From Geopsychrobacteraceae bacterium (lineage in GTDB: Bacteria; Desulfobacterota; Desulfuromonadia; Desulfuromonadales; Geopsychrobacteraceae), in assembly GCA_963662315.1 (NCBI GenBank), contig OY759353.1, forward strand, positions 2,368,001 to 2,432,000: DNA of 64,000 bases, in the 5' to 3' direction. The notes beneath the pieces are model-generated. The model did not search any database. It was not told the origin of the DNA and saw nothing but the letters and a program-made list of their open reading frames with translations. The position numbers and the translations under genes are program-made. Every line of letters begins with the position of its first letter. Position 1 is the first letter of the stretch. Below, in pieces: positions 26,770-37,886 of the stretch.

Positions 26770-28254
26770 TTATTTGCGAGAGATAACTTTCTTCATACTA
26801 GGCCAAAGCAGAGTAAGCACAGCGACAACAATAATTGTCAGGGCAATCGGCCGGGTTACAAATCCCATCGCGCTTCCGTTTCCGATAATGATCTGTTTTC
26901 TTAGAGAATTTTCTATCAATTCCCCAAGAATAAGCCCCAATATCAAGGCAGCACTTGAATATTTAAACTTATCAAACAGATATCCGATAAATCCAAAAAT
27001 GAACATGATAAGCACATCATAAAAACTGTTCTTCAGCGAGTAGGCGCCAACCAGACCCAAAGCAACAACCAGGGTACCAAGCATCGGATAAGGCAGTTTC
27101 AAAATATGCCCAAACTGACTGGTAACAAAGCGCCCCCCGATAAACAACAACAAGGCTGAGGCAATCAAGCCTAAGAAAATGGCATTCAACATAATCGGCT
27201 GATCACGGATCAGAAGCGGACCGGGAGTGAGGCCGATAATCATAAATGCAGCCATGATGACCGCCGCAACAGGGCTGCCCGGAATCCCAAGAACCATTGT
27301 CGGCACCATCGACCCTCCAACAGCTGCGTTGTTGGACGATTCAGGAGCAATGATCCCCCTCGGGTTGCCTTCTCCGAATTTTGGCCGTTCTGATTTATGT
27401 CGACCCGAGGCCTCTCCGTATGCGATAAGACTCGCGATTGATCCGCCAGCAGCAGGGATAATGCCAATGATCGTTCCGATAAGAGATCCTTTGAGAAAAG
27501 TATCCCACATCTTCGCCATTTCTTTAAACTTCATCAGCTTGATAGAGACCTTCTGCTCTGATCTCATTGATGTATCCCGGTGACTGTACTCTTCAATATT
27601 CTTGTACACTTCTCCAACGGCAAAAGCACCGATCATAACAGAAATGTAATTAATGCCATTCAGCAGGAACGGTTGTCCGAAAGCAAAACGTTCGATGCCG
27701 TTTATGCTATCGAGGCCAATCGTTGAAAGGATAAGGCCGACCAGAACTGAAAATACCGCTTTCAGCTGATTTTTCGAACCAATACTCGTGATACAGCACA
27801 GGCCAATCAGACCCAGGCCAAAATATTCCGCGCTCTGAAAGGACAATGCCGCAACAGCAAGCAGAGGAGCGGCCATAAGCATGATGATCGCAGAAAAAAT
27901 CGTTCCGAAAGACGAGGCAGTTACCGCCAGGCCGAGCGCTTGACCGGTCAGACCATTCTGTGCCATTGGATAGCCGTCAAAGGTCGTGGCGACGGCTTCA
28001 GGTGTCCCTGGGGTTTTCAAAAGAATGGCCGATATGGATCCTCCGGTAGCACCACCAACATAAACCGATACCATGAGTACAATCGCGGCAATCGGGTCCA
28101 TTGAATATGTGAATGGCAGGCAGAGAATGATAGCCATTGACGAACTTAAGCCCGGCAAGGATCCACAGATCATCCCAAACAGTGTGCCAATGACTATCAG
28201 TAAAAGGGTCAGAGGTTGTAAAAATGCAGCTAACGACTGAAGCAGAATATCCAT
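26770..28254 (-). CDS. tctA: TTT large subunit TctA
   Basis: Motifs GSLPGLS, GGATGGSISAILLKTPGTP, APESSNNA, LGIPGSP. Confidence 0.93.
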   Translation of the reverse strand: MDILLQSLAAFLQPLTLLLIVIGTLFGMICGSLPGLSSSMAIILCLPFTYSMDPIAAIVLMVSVYVGGATGGSISAILLKTPGTPEAVATTFDGYPMAQNGLTGQALGLAVTASSFGTIFSAIIMLMAAPLLAVAALSFQSAEYFGLGLIGLCCITSIGSKNQLKAVFSVLVGLILSTIGLDSINGIERFAFGQPFLLNGINYISVMIGAFAVGEVYKNIEEYSHRDTSMRSEQKVSIKLMKFKEMAKMWDTFLKGSLIGTIIGIIPAAGGSIASLIAYGEASGRHKSERPKFGEGNPRGIIAPESSNNAAVGGSMVPTMVLGIPGSPVAAVIMAAFMIIGLTPGPLLIRDQPIMLNAIFLGLIASALLLFIGGRFVTSQFGHILKLPYPMLGTLVVALGLVGAYSLKNSFYDVLIMFIFGFIGYLFDKFKYSSAALILGLILGELIENSLRKQIIIGNGSAMGFVTRPIALTIIVVAVLTLLWPSMKKVISRK

Positions 28255-28267
28255 CTTGTCATCCTTA

Positions 28268-28753
28268 TCAATAAATCATGTAACTTAGTTCTCGCAAAAT
28301 ACCTACACCCCGAGGGAGCGGAACATAAAAAACCGACCCGAAAACCGCGACCAGAACAACCGTTGTAACGATCGAAAAAATGGTTAATGTCAACCACTTC
28401 CGATAGCCGATTGCGACAGACCCTGAAAACAGATACAAAAGGGTGGAAATACAAAAACCAAGGTAGTTCAGCAGTGCGACATAACTAGCGAGAAGCACAA
28501 CACTGACAACGAGCTTCCGGCCATCCTGTGAACGCAGATCAAACATAGGAATGTTGATGTGCTTTTTTTCTCTAATGATATTGACGGTTATGAATATCAG
28601 TACAATCAAGGCAAGTACTGCCAGGATTTCCGGAAAACCGCTGGCACCAAAAATATCATTTGGATTTTCTCCTGCAGGAAGCGCCATTGTCTCGACCATA
28701 AAAAAAACAATTCCCGCACCAAGAATGATGTTAAAGATAAGTTCTATAGCCAT
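28268..28753 (-). CDS. tctB: TTT small subunit TctB
   Basis: GASGFP motif, four TM helices, VPLPRG C-terminus. Confidence 0.85.
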   Translation of the reverse strand: MAIELIFNIILGAGIVFFMVETMALPAGENPNDIFGASGFPEILAVLALIVLIFITVNIIREKKHINIPMFDLRSQDGRKLVVSVVLLASYVALLNYLGFCISTLLYLFSGSVAIGYRKWLTLTIFSIVTTVVLVAVFGSVFYVPLPRGVGILRELSYMIY

Positions 28754-28775
28754 ACTTATTTACACCTCATATGAA

Positions 28776-28805
28776 GCCGAATCGACCTGAGGCGATCGAT
28801 TCGGC
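28776..28805. other. Intergenic stem-loop after tctC
   Basis: GCCGAATCGA-N10-TCGATTCGGC between the binding-protein gene and the membrane genes; may stabilise the upstream mRNA. Confidence 0.5.
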
Positions 28806-28821
28806 ATTTAATCTCGGACAA

Positions 28822-29802
28822 TTAATTCTTGATCAGGCCCATTTCTTTAAAAATACTGACATACTCATTAAATTCGCGATCCCAGGACTTGCCGAAAGCA
28901 TCAGCCTTGAGAAAACCAGGAACCAAATTTGTCATTTCACGCTCTTCCATAGCCTTGTAGGCAGGATCGTCATAAGCTTTTTGGAAAGCATCAATAATGA
29001 TATTTTTAATCTTCTCAGGGGTGCCTTTTTTAACAACGAAACCGCGCCAGGAGCCCTGAATAAAATCAATGCCTTTTTCCACGGAACAGGGGACTTCTTT
29101 TAATTGTTCAACAGCAAGACGCTTTTCACTAAGAACCAGCAATGGACGTACATCCCCACTAGCAGCCAAACTCATGAAGGAAATCAGTTTGTCCTGATAC
29201 ACATCCAGTTCCCCACCAAGCACTGCAGCTTTCAGCTCGGAACCTGACTTATAGGGAACATAGGTCCACTGAATCCCTGCTGCCTTTGCAAATCCATTTG
29301 CAATGTAGTTATCCAACCCGCCCGGAGAAAGACCACCAATTTTCAGCTGTTTAGGATTCTCTTTTGCGTAGGCAATCAGATCATCAATGCTTTTCAACTT
29401 ACTTTTCGCTGACACCCCAAACAGCACGACATCAGCCTGAACCTTGATGATCGGATCAAATTCACTGCGAAATTTGACCGAACTTTTATTCTGTGCTTCT
29501 TTGATCAGCAGTGAAGGAGTGATTTCCATAATGGTATATCCGTCAGCAGGAGCACCATATGTATACAGCATCCCCTCAATGGTCCCAGCCCCACCCTTAT
29601 TGATAGCAACCAGAGGCTTTCCAAGGTACTTACCAGCTATCTCTGCATATTGGCGTGCAAAAATATCACTCGCTCCTCCGGTACCGAAAGGAATAACGAG
29701 TTCAACCGGCCTTTTCGGATAGTTCAGAGCAAAAGCACTTGATGTCAACATTGGGATTAAAGCGGTGATCATTACTGCCACAATCAGTTTCTTCATCTTC
29801 AC
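28822..29802 (-). CDS. tctC: TTT substrate-binding protein TctC
   Basis: Signal peptide; YPKRPVELVIPFGTGGASDIFAR, PADGYT, SWRGF. Confidence 0.92.
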   Translation of the reverse strand: MKMKKLIVAVMITALIPMLTSSAFALNYPKRPVELVIPFGTGGASDIFARQYAEIAGKYLGKPLVAINKGGAGTIEGMLYTYGAPADGYTIMEITPSLLIKEAQNKSSVKFRSEFDPIIKVQADVVLFGVSAKSKLKSIDDLIAYAKENPKQLKIGGLSPGGLDNYIANGFAKAAGIQWTYVPYKSGSELKAAVLGGELDVYQDKLISFMSLAASGDVRPLLVLSEKRLAVEQLKEVPCSVEKGIDFIQGSWRGFVVKKGTPEKIKNIIIDAFQKAYDDPAYKAMEEREMTNLVPGFLKADAFGKSWDREFNEYVSIFKEMGLIKN

Positions 29803-29878
29803 GAATCTCCTTTGTCATCAGTTGAGGTTTGAACATTCATTCATGATTTATGCTTGCAAGACTTACCGTTTTCCCGTC

Positions 29879-31045
29879 TCACAATGCCTGAGGGTAAAAT
29901 TTGCGAGACACGTAAACATTGCCATCCATGATCGGTTTTGCCGTTCGACAAACTCCGGCCTTGAGCAACTCAAAGTGACCGTCTGGCGTTTTTTTCAAAT
30001 CAACAAAAACCTCCAAAACACCAGAGGGGTGTCCGATCCGAACCTCGCCACACAATTGCGCCTGGGAACGACAAACATCATTAACAACCGTCCCCTCAAT
30101 CAAGGCTGCAGTTGCAAGACAAATTCCTCCGGTGACGGCATATGTTTTGTGGAGCTCAGCCATAGCCTTCGTCCGCCCAAGAAGGTCAACAGCCTCGGCA
30201 TTTATTGTTTTACTTTCACTTGATTGGTAATTCTGGGCTGACGCGACAAATGCGACCTTTGGCACAGCTGGGCCAACCTCACTTTTACTTTTCGCCAACC
30301 CCATCATCACTGCGGCACTGGTCCTGATGTCTTCTAAATCTTCAAGAATCTGGGGATTTCCTTCACAATCTGATGGCAGTTCCGTACCAGTGAGACCGAT
30401 TGCTTCAGCTTTTACAAAGACTGCGGGATTGGCAGCATCGACAAGGCTGACATCAACAACACGTCCATCACGCATCACAATGGTGTCGCGGACACTTCCA
30501 GTGGGAAGAAGTTTTCCGGTTTTCGAACCGGCTGAGTTGGGAAAGTTGAGAGAAATTTTAGATCCGGTACCAGGGACTCCGGCTATGGCATAGTCACCAC
30601 CAAAGACAACCTCGCCATCTTTGACGGCAACCTGAGCTTCAATGATTTTTTTGGTGTTGGTGTTGTAGATTACGACATTTGTTACCGGTTCAGTGACTTT
30701 AACCATGCCTTTTAAAATGGCATAGACTCCAACTCCTGAAGATATGTTGCCGCAATTACCTTCGTAATCCACGACTGCTTCCCGAATGCCGACATAGCCA
30801 AAAGTATAATCAATATCAACACCTTCCCGTTTTGAAGGAGCTAAAATTGCAACCTTACTCGTCAAAGGATCCGCGCCACCCATGCCATTGATCTGACGTG
30901 TATCAGGACTGCCATAAATGTCAAGTATCGCCAGATCTCGCGCTGCGGGGTCTTTTGGCAGGTCATCTTCCATTAGATAGACCCCTTTACTTGTTCCTCC
31001 ACGCATAAAAACTGCCGGTATGGTTAAAAACTCGTGCATTCCCAC
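29879..31045 (-). CDS. prpF: PrpF/Mii-family isomerase (candidate aconitate cis-trans isomerase)
   Basis: Motifs MRGGTSKG, QINGMGGADPLTSKVA, GNCGNISSGVG, DAANP, HPSG. Confidence 0.85.
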   Translation of the reverse strand: MGMHEFLTIPAVFMRGGTSKGVYLMEDDLPKDPAARDLAILDIYGSPDTRQINGMGGADPLTSKVAILAPSKREGVDIDYTFGYVGIREAVVDYEGNCGNISSGVGVYAILKGMVKVTEPVTNVVIYNTNTKKIIEAQVAVKDGEVVFGGDYAIAGVPGTGSKISLNFPNSAGSKTGKLLPTGSVRDTIVMRDGRVVDVSLVDAANPAVFVKAEAIGLTGTELPSDCEGNPQILEDLEDIRTSAAVMMGLAKSKSEVGPAVPKVAFVASAQNYQSSESKTINAEAVDLLGRTKAMAELHKTYAVTGGICLATAALIEGTVVNDVCRSQAQLCGEVRIGHPSGVLEVFVDLKKTPDGHFELLKAGVCRTAKPIMDGNVYVSRKFYPQAL

Positions 31046-31163
31046 TAACTCCGTTTCTTACACCCCTTCGGGTTGTCGTAAAGATCATCATGATAAAGCA
31101 CAAAAATATTTCTAAGTCAGCTGCGTTACAAACATATAATCATGTTTTAGAAAAGCATCAAGA

Positions 31164-31218
31164 AACTGGCGTTATTGAGGTTATTGTTGTTTTTTTTCGA
31201 TATTGTCGTTATTGGCAT
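31164..31218 (-). promoter_or_regulatory. 9-bp-period direct-repeat array upstream of prpF-tctCBA
   Basis: aactggcgt|tattgaggt|tattgttgt|tttttttcga|tattgtcgt|tattggcat. Confidence 0.65.
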
Positions 31219-31403
31219 CGAGGCTAAATGACCAGAAAGAAGAGGAGGGTTTTCGCGTCAGGAAAACTTAACGAGGGAACCTTGTTTCAACAGAGTTATC
31301 AACAACCCGGAAAGAGGCTTTTTAAACGTAAAAAATGCCTCGCTCAGGAGTATTTATACCTTTCTGAACGAGGCAAAAGTAGTCTTTATTTTACAAGGTT
31401 TTA

Positions 31404-33692
31404 CTAAGATTTCTTAACCCGAAATCCGGATTTTTCAAGAGCCGCGGCAAGATTGGTTTTCGCCTCTTGAACAGGCGCCTTTTTCTTGGTTCCCCGATTT
31501 TTATCCACAGGGTCCCGTTTGATCGTCGCCGGAGCGTCCTGCTTGCCGGTACGCATGGTTAACGATATCCGCTTGCGTTGTATATCGACCTCAAGCACCC
31601 GGACCTGAACCTGCTGACCAACCTTGACCACCTGATTAGGGTCCTTGACAAAAGTATCTGCTAGCTGGCTGATGTGCACCAGGCCATCCTGGTGAACCCC
31701 GATATCAACAAAAGCACCGAAAGCAGCAACGTTGGTCACCACCCCGTTAAGAGACATCCCCTCTTTAAGGTCCTGAACCTCCGTGACATCGTCACGGAAA
31801 CTGGTCGAGACAAAGGTCTCGCGCGGATCACGCCCCGGCTTTTTCAATTCGGCAATAATATCACGCAAGGTCGGCAGGCCGACCTGATCATCGACATATT
31901 TTTTCAGATCAATTTTCTCGAGCAGCGCAGGCTCGGCAATCAGTTTGTCAAGGGCCAGACCGGCATCGCCAGCCATTTTTTCAACCAGTCCATAGCGTTC
32001 AGGGTGAACCGCTGTGTTATCAAGCACCTGTTCACTATGACGAATGCGCAGGAAACCGGCCGCCTGCTCAAAGGCCTTCTGACCGAAGCGCGGAACGTCC
32101 AGCAGCTGTTTACGGGTTGCAAAGCTGCCATGCCCGTCACGATAACGGACAATAGCCTTGGCCAGGGAATCCCCAATACCTGAGACAAAGCTCAACAGCG
32201 CGCCGCTGGCGGTATTCAGATCAACACCAACGTAGTTAACACAGGATTCAACAACATTATCGAGGGCTTTTTTCAAAGCACTCTGATTGACATCATGCTG
32301 ATATTGTCCGACACCAATACTCTTGGGATCCACCTTGACCAGCTCGGCCAGAGGATCCTGCAAACGCCGGGCAATGGAGATGGCACCACGCACGGTCAGG
32401 TCCAGATCCGGAAATTCTTCACGGGCAATGTCGGATGCTGAATAAACGCTGGCCCCTGCCTCACTGACTATGACCACCGGTATCTTCTTGCCGGCATCCT
32501 TAAGCACCATACGGACAAACTGATCCATCTCACGACTGGCGGTACCGTTGCCGATGGCGATCATCTCAATCTGTTGCTGCTCAATGAGCCGTAACAGATC
32601 GGAACGGGCCGCATCGACACGGCCAGCACCGGTATGCGGATAAATGGTCACATGCTCAAGAAAACGTCCGGTGCCGTCAACAGCGGCGAGCTTTGAACCG
32701 GTCCGCAGCCCCGGGTCAACGCCCAGAACGCGCAGACTGCCTGCCGGTGCGGCAAGGAGCAGGTTGCGCAGATTCTCCGCAAACACATTGATCGCTTCTT
32801 CATCGGCATTCTGCTTGGCCTGTAAGCGGAGCTCCACCTCGATGGACGGAGCCAACAAGCGGCCATAAGCATCTTTGATCACCTCGCTAAGCCAGTCACG
32901 GTAGGGATTAGCTTCCGGAATCAGCATCCGCGCCAGACGCCCGAGAATATCATCCTCAGGGGCGGAAATCTGCAGGCGCAGGATCTCTTCCTTTTCGCCA
33001 CGCCGCATGGCCAGCATCCGGTGGGAAGGGATCTGCTTAATGGGTTCACTGAAGTCATAATACATTTCGTACTTGCTGACCGTCCCCTCTTTGCCTCGGG
33101 CCGGTTGCGAACAGAATAAACCTTCAGCCCAGGTCCGCTCACGCACAATGGCCCGCGCTTCGGCGGTATCGGCAAACATCTCGGCCAGGATATAACCGGC
33201 ACCCTGCAGAGCTGCCGCGACATTTTCAACGCCAGCTACAGCATCAACGAAAGCAGCCGCTAAAGATTCCAGGGGGGAACCATCGCCCTGCATGATTTTA
33301 TCGGCCAGCGGTTCCAGTCCCTGCTCTTTGGCAATCGTTGCCTTGGTGCGCCGCTTTGGCTTGTAAGGAAGGTACAGATCTTCAAGTTCGGTTTTTTGCC
33401 GACAGGCGAGGATTTTACCTTTAAGCTCAGCAGTCAGTTTCCCCTGCTCGTCGATCGACTTCAGAATCGTCTGGCGCCGATCCTCGAGCTCTTTAAAATA
33501 GATCAGGCGTTCCTGAAGCAAACGCACCTGAACTTCATCCAGTTCTCCGGTGACTTCTTTACGATAGCGGGCAATAAACGGAACCGTCGCCCCTTCTTCA
33601 AGCAAAGAAATGGTCTGTTTGACCTGGGTCGGTTTCAAGCCGGTCTCTTCAACCAGAAGCGCAGCAATATCCAATGTTAATAGTTCACTCAT
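31404..33692 (-). CDS. tex: Tex RNA-binding transcription accessory protein
   Basis: Motifs GATVPFIARYRKE, EDLYLPYKPKRRT, DPGLRTG, QDPLAELVKVDPKSIGVGQYQHD; C-terminal S1 domain. Confidence 0.96.
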   Translation of the reverse strand: MSELLTLDIAALLVEETGLKPTQVKQTISLLEEGATVPFIARYRKEVTGELDEVQVRLLQERLIYFKELEDRRQTILKSIDEQGKLTAELKGKILACRQKTELEDLYLPYKPKRRTKATIAKEQGLEPLADKIMQGDGSPLESLAAAFVDAVAGVENVAAALQGAGYILAEMFADTAEARAIVRERTWAEGLFCSQPARGKEGTVSKYEMYYDFSEPIKQIPSHRMLAMRRGEKEEILRLQISAPEDDILGRLARMLIPEANPYRDWLSEVIKDAYGRLLAPSIEVELRLQAKQNADEEAINVFAENLRNLLLAAPAGSLRVLGVDPGLRTGSKLAAVDGTGRFLEHVTIYPHTGAGRVDAARSDLLRLIEQQQIEMIAIGNGTASREMDQFVRMVLKDAGKKIPVVIVSEAGASVYSASDIAREEFPDLDLTVRGAISIARRLQDPLAELVKVDPKSIGVGQYQHDVNQSALKKALDNVVESCVNYVGVDLNTASGALLSFVSGIGDSLAKAIVRYRDGHGSFATRKQLLDVPRFGQKAFEQAAGFLRIRHSEQVLDNTAVHPERYGLVEKMAGDAGLALDKLIAEPALLEKIDLKKYVDDQVGLPTLRDIIAELKKPGRDPRETFVSTSFRDDVTEVQDLKEGMSLNGVVTNVAAFGAFVDIGVHQDGLVHISQLADTFVKDPNQVVKVGQQVQVRVLEVDIQRKRISLTMRTGKQDAPATIKRDPVDKNRGTKKKAPVQEAKTNLAAALEKSGFRVKKS

Positions 33693-33933
33693 AGGTCAGT
33701 TCTTTTCGTGTAGAAGGTTTAACTGTCAATCGGGAGGCGGATGGTAGCATGCCCGTTAACCTTTGCAAAGGTTCTATCGTAGCTCACCCCCGGGCAAAAG
33801 CGCTCATAAAATTCAGAAATTAATCAGATCGTTAACATATAAAGGTAAGAATAAATTTTGGGGTCAGCCCGGTATAACAGGCTCTGAACTGGTATATTTA
33901 ATATTTAAAACGTCCCTGTGAAAGGATTCACTT

Positions 33934-34536
33934 ATGAAAGCATCCGTAAGAACATTTGCTCTTCTTGCCTGCCTGCTCCTGTGTTTTACCTTGCCGGCCA
34001 ACGCAGCACGCTATGGTTTTTTTCTCGATGCTGCCGGAGGTTCCGGTGAAGCAGAGTGGGATTCTGACTCAGACGAATGGGATATCGATACCGGCGCCTT
34101 TGCCATCGGCTTCGCTATGGACAGTGACCCGGCCCCTGATCAGTTTTTTAGCCTGCGACTGAACGTCGGCCTGGCCAGCCTTGATATTGAAGATGACAAT
34201 AACGATACCCTGGAGTGTGGTGGTATTTATGCCGAGACGATTTTCGGTTTTTCACCGCTGCGAACCACTCAAATGCGTTGGTGGATTGGCCCGCTGGTCA
34301 GAATCGGTTATTATCATGGAGAAGGTGATGATTTTGATGTCGATCTTGATTTCGCTGAATTTGCCATTGGCGCAGCAACCGGCTTGAACATTGACCTTGG
34401 CCCGGTGGTTCTGGCCCCCTCCATTGGTTGGCGAGTCAGTGGCTACGCCGGGGATGGAAAACAGGAAAACGGCTTTAAAGATGACTGGAGCGGCGGAGCG
34501 TCAAGTATCTTCTTCAACTTTGCGACATTATTTTAA
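33934..34536 (+). CDS. Putative outer-membrane beta-barrel protein
   Basis: Signal peptide (PANA), alternating hydrophobic beta strands, acidic loops, terminal Phe. Confidence 0.65.
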   Translation: MKASVRTFALLACLLLCFTLPANAARYGFFLDAAGGSGEAEWDSDSDEWDIDTGAFAIGFAMDSDPAPDQFFSLRLNVGLASLDIEDDNNDTLECGGIYAETIFGFSPLRTTQMRWWIGPLVRIGYYHGEGDDFDVDLDFAEFAIGAATGLNIDLGPVVLAPSIGWRVSGYAGDGKQENGFKDDWSGGASSIFFNFATLF

Positions 34537-34722
34537 TCATCTCTTCCTCTTAAGTCAGCGACTTATTCCAGGGACGAGTTTTCATAACCGGCTCGTCCTT
34601 GGGAAACAGCTACGTATCCCTGCGGAAATCCAAACAATCTGTTGCCATCCCTGCCCAGATTTTGTAGTTTGTTAAATTCAGAAATCAGCAAACCTACTGC
34701 TCAAAATAGAAAGTGAGGAGCT

Positions 34723-36576
34723 ATGCCAGCTTATCGTTCACACACCAGTACTCACGGCCGCAACATGGCCGGAGCACGTTCATTGTGGCGCGCAACCGGA
34801 ATGAAAGATGACGATTTCGGCAAACCGATTATTGCCGTCGTCAACTCCTTCGTCGAGTTTGTCCCCGGCCACGTCCATTTGAAAGACCTCGGCCAGATGG
34901 TCGCCCGCGAAATTGAAGCCGCCGGCGGCGTCGCCAAGGAATTCAATACCATCGCTATTGATGACGGTATCGCCATGGGGCATGGCGGCATGCTCTATTC
35001 CCTGCCATCACGCGATCTGATTGCTGACAGTGTTGAATACATGGTCAATGCCCATTGTGCCGATGCCATGGTCTGTATCTCCAACTGTGACAAGATCACT
35101 CCCGGCATGCTTATGGCAGCCATGCGCCTCAATATTCCCGCTGTCTTTGTCTCCGGTGGCCCTATGGAAGCCGGCAAAGCCACCATCGCAGGCAAAGAGC
35201 AGAAGCTCGATCTGATTCAGGCCATGGTCAAGGGGGCGGACCCGAACGTTTCGGACGAAGAATCCAACCAGGTGGAACGCTCGGCATGCCCGACCTGCGG
35301 CTCCTGCTCCGGCATGTTTACCGCCAACTCCATGAACTGCCTGAATGAAGCCATCGGCCTGGCGCTGCCCGGTAATGGCACAGTCGTTGCGACGCACGCT
35401 GACCGTAAAGAGTTGTTCCTCGAAGCGGGCCGCCTGATTGTCGATTTGTGCAAACGTTACTATCAGCAGGAAGATGAATCGGTCCTGCCCCGTAACGTTG
35501 CCTCTTTCAAATCCTTCGAAAACGCCATGCGCCTCGATATTGCCATGGGTGGTTCAACCAACACGGTTCTTCATCTGCTGGCCATTGCCCAGGAAGCAGG
35601 CATCGATTTCACAATGGACGACATGAACCGTCTGTCGGTCTCTACCCCCTGCATCTGCAAGGTCGCTCCGGCGGTGGGGAATGTTTTTATCGAAGATGTC
35701 CACCGTGCCGGTGGTATCATGGGTATCCTTGGTGAGCTTGACCGGGCCGGACTAATTCATCGCGATGTCCCCACCGTCCATAGTGCCACCCTGGGTGATG
35801 CTCTCGACAAATGGGACGTTATCAGCACCAAAGATGAGAGAGTCAAGGAGTTTTACCGTGCTGCTCCGGGAAACCGCTTCTCTTTACAGGCATTTTCGCA
35901 AAACGAACGCTATGCCGAACTGGACACCGACCGCAGTAAAGGGGTTATTCGTGCTCTTGACAACGCCTTTACCAAAGAAGGCGGTCTCGCCATCCTGTAT
36001 GGCAATCTGGCCCCTAACGGCTGCGTGGTCAAGACGGCTGGTGTAGATGAAAGCATCTGGGAGTTTTCCGGCCCTGTTGTCCTGTTTGAATCTCAGGAGG
36101 ACGCTGTTGAAGGCATTCTGCGTGGCAAGGTCAAAAAAGGGGATGTTGTTGTCATTCGCTATGAAGGTCCGCGTGGTGGGCCGGGTATGCAGGAAATGCT
36201 TTACCCGACCTCGTACCTCAAATCGATGGGGCTGGGCAAGGAATGTGCCCTGATCACCGACGGCCGCTTCTCCGGTGGTACCTCCGGATTGTCAATTGGT
36301 CACGTCAGCCCTGAAGCCGCATCAAAAGGGAACATCGGGCTGGTACAACAAGGGGATACGATTGAAATTGATATTCCAAAGCGCAGTATCCGCATCGCCA
36401 TTTCTGACGCAGAACTGGAAACCCGCCGGACAGCAATGGAAGCCAAGGGTGATAAAGCCTGGTTACCGGTAGATCGTGATCGCCAGGTCAGCAAATCCCT
36501 TCAGGCTTATGGCCTCCTGGCGCAGAGTGCAGACAAAGGTGCCGTACGCGACCTAAGCCTGGTGCGCAAAGTTTAA
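34723..36576 (+). CDS. ilvD: Dihydroxy-acid dehydratase
   Basis: Motifs [47 protein letters not shown]. Confidence 0.98.
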   Translation: MPAYRSHTSTHGRNMAGARSLWRATGMKDDDFGKPIIAVVNSFVEFVPGHVHLKDLGQMVAREIEAAGGVAKEFNTIAIDDGIAMGHGGMLYSLPSRDLIADSVEYMVNAHCADAMVCISNCDKITPGMLMAAMRLNIPAVFVSGGPMEAGKATIAGKEQKLDLIQAMVKGADPNVSDEESNQVERSACPTCGSCSGMFTANSMNCLNEAIGLALPGNGTVVATHADRKELFLEAGRLIVDLCKRYYQQEDESVLPRNVASFKSFENAMRLDIAMGGSTNTVLHLLAIAQEAGIDFTMDDMNRLSVSTPCICKVAPAVGNVFIEDVHRAGGIMGILGELDRAGLIHRDVPTVHSATLGDALDKWDVISTKDERVKEFYRAAPGNRFSLQAFSQNERYAELDTDRSKGVIRALDNAFTKEGGLAILYGNLAPNGCVVKTAGVDESIWEFSGPVVLFESQEDAVEGILRGKVKKGDVVVIRYEGPRGGPGMQEMLYPTSYLKSMGLGKECALITDGRFSGGTSGLSIGHVSPEAASKGNIGLVQQGDTIEIDIPKRSIRIAISDAELETRRTAMEAKGDKAWLPVDRDRQVSKSLQAYGLLAQSADKGAVRDLSLVRKV

Positions 36577-36601
36577 GCTCAACCTGCGGTAAACCAACAA
36601 C

Positions 36602-36647
36602 AAAGAGCGGTAGCAAGGTGGATTCCTTGCTACCGCTCTTTTCTTTT
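36602..36647. terminator. Terminator after ilvD
   Basis: 17-bp stem AAAGAGCGGTAGCAAGG/CCTTGCTACCGCTCTTT plus a T-tract. Confidence 0.8.
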
Positions 36648-36726
36648 GAAATCAGATCAGTCCTGATCCTCGTCAAACACACTTGATGAAATATCTTGCC
36701 TCCAATCCCGGCAAACTGACAAATTC

Positions 36727-37227
36727 TTATTTATTGACGTCAGGAAACGACCAGATCATCGTCCCACCAGCGTCCGGCTCGCCTTCAATGAAGTCCACTT
36801 CATAGCCAAACGTATAGGCGACAACCCCTACGGGTCGATCCATACGTGTGTTGAACGATTCTTTGTCCTGGGGACTGGCAAAACCGGAATACAGGATCTG
36901 CCGGTAAGCAACAACGCGGTTATTTTTATCCAGTAAAAACAGACTGACCTTCAGATTCTGCGCCCGGGCATACATAATCTGCGGGTGATTGGCAAAACCA
37001 ACCGTACCCTGCACAGAAATCGCACCGTCAGTTACTGAGATGCTATGGTCAATATCGAGATAAAGATCCTGCCACTTCTGCGGCGCTGTGCCTGTTGCAG
37101 GGACAGGAATGACTGCTGCTTTATCCGCCAGAGCATTAAGATAATGTTGTGGCCCGCTTGACTGGCAGGCGACTAAGGGTACAAGCAAAACAGACAATAT
37201 GAAGTATTTCAGTATTTTAATGAACAT
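36727..37227 (-). CDS. Hypothetical lipoprotein
   Basis: Lipobox LVAC; GGAG RBS. Confidence 0.65.
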   Translation of the reverse strand: MFIKILKYFILSVLLVPLVACQSSGPQHYLNALADKAAVIPVPATGTAPQKWQDLYLDIDHSISVTDGAISVQGTVGFANHPQIMYARAQNLKVSLFLLDKNNRVVAYRQILYSGFASPQDKESFNTRMDRPVGVVAYTFGYEVDFIEGEPDAGGTMIWSFPDVNK

Positions 37228-37456
37228 GTCGATCTCCCCAAAGGAAAATAGGTAAAGATTGGAAGACTTTGATCGCGACGAGCCCCACTCACAGCCTCGC
37301 CAGAGTCATCTTTTGATACTATACTCCAAAGAGAAAAGTTGTGTCTGCAGACAGGAGCAACAAACTTCAGTAACGGGACAGTCGTAAAGATCTTTAGGGG
37401 AGCATCCCGATTGGCCGGGGAGGAAATGACATATCTGCTCTCAACATGAATAAGCT

Positions 37457-37684
37457 TTAGTGGTGAAGCGATTTCTCCCACAGCTGCCTAGCCTTTTGGG
37501 CAAACCATTGCTTGTCGCGCAAAACAACTTTAATCAGTTTAGCACGCTTTACATCCAGTATTTTGGGGCCGGCATCATAAAACCGTACCTGCACTTTGCC
37601 ATTTTTTTCGCTGCGCTGAATTATTCCCGGTCCCCATTCCGGCTTGCCAAGGATACGCACACGATCACCTTGAAAATATTCCAT
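37457..37684 (-). CDS. Small DUF3553-like protein
   Basis: GDRVRILGKPEWGPG...VRFYDAGPK; AGGAGG RBS. Confidence 0.6.
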   Translation of the reverse strand: MEYFQGDRVRILGKPEWGPGIIQRSEKNGKVQVRFYDAGPKILDVKRAKLIKVVLRDKQWFAQKARQLWEKSLHH

Positions 37685-37886
37685 AACCAACCTCCTGAAC
37701 TTATATCGACTCTATAAGGAATAGCTCAGAACACGAAAATGTCAAACAAGAACAAGAGAAATTCTCACTATTTTTCAATAACTTAGTCAGAACGATCAAT
37801 ACAGGAATGGATTTAACGAATGATATTGCAGTGATATTGACGGACAACAAAACATTGTCGGAAAGCAATCAATTATCTGGGTATCC

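Noticed and set aside
31164..31218. Short repeats considered as a CRISPR-like array
   Set aside because: Units are 9 bp with no unique spacers and no cas genes; they fit transcription-factor sites better.
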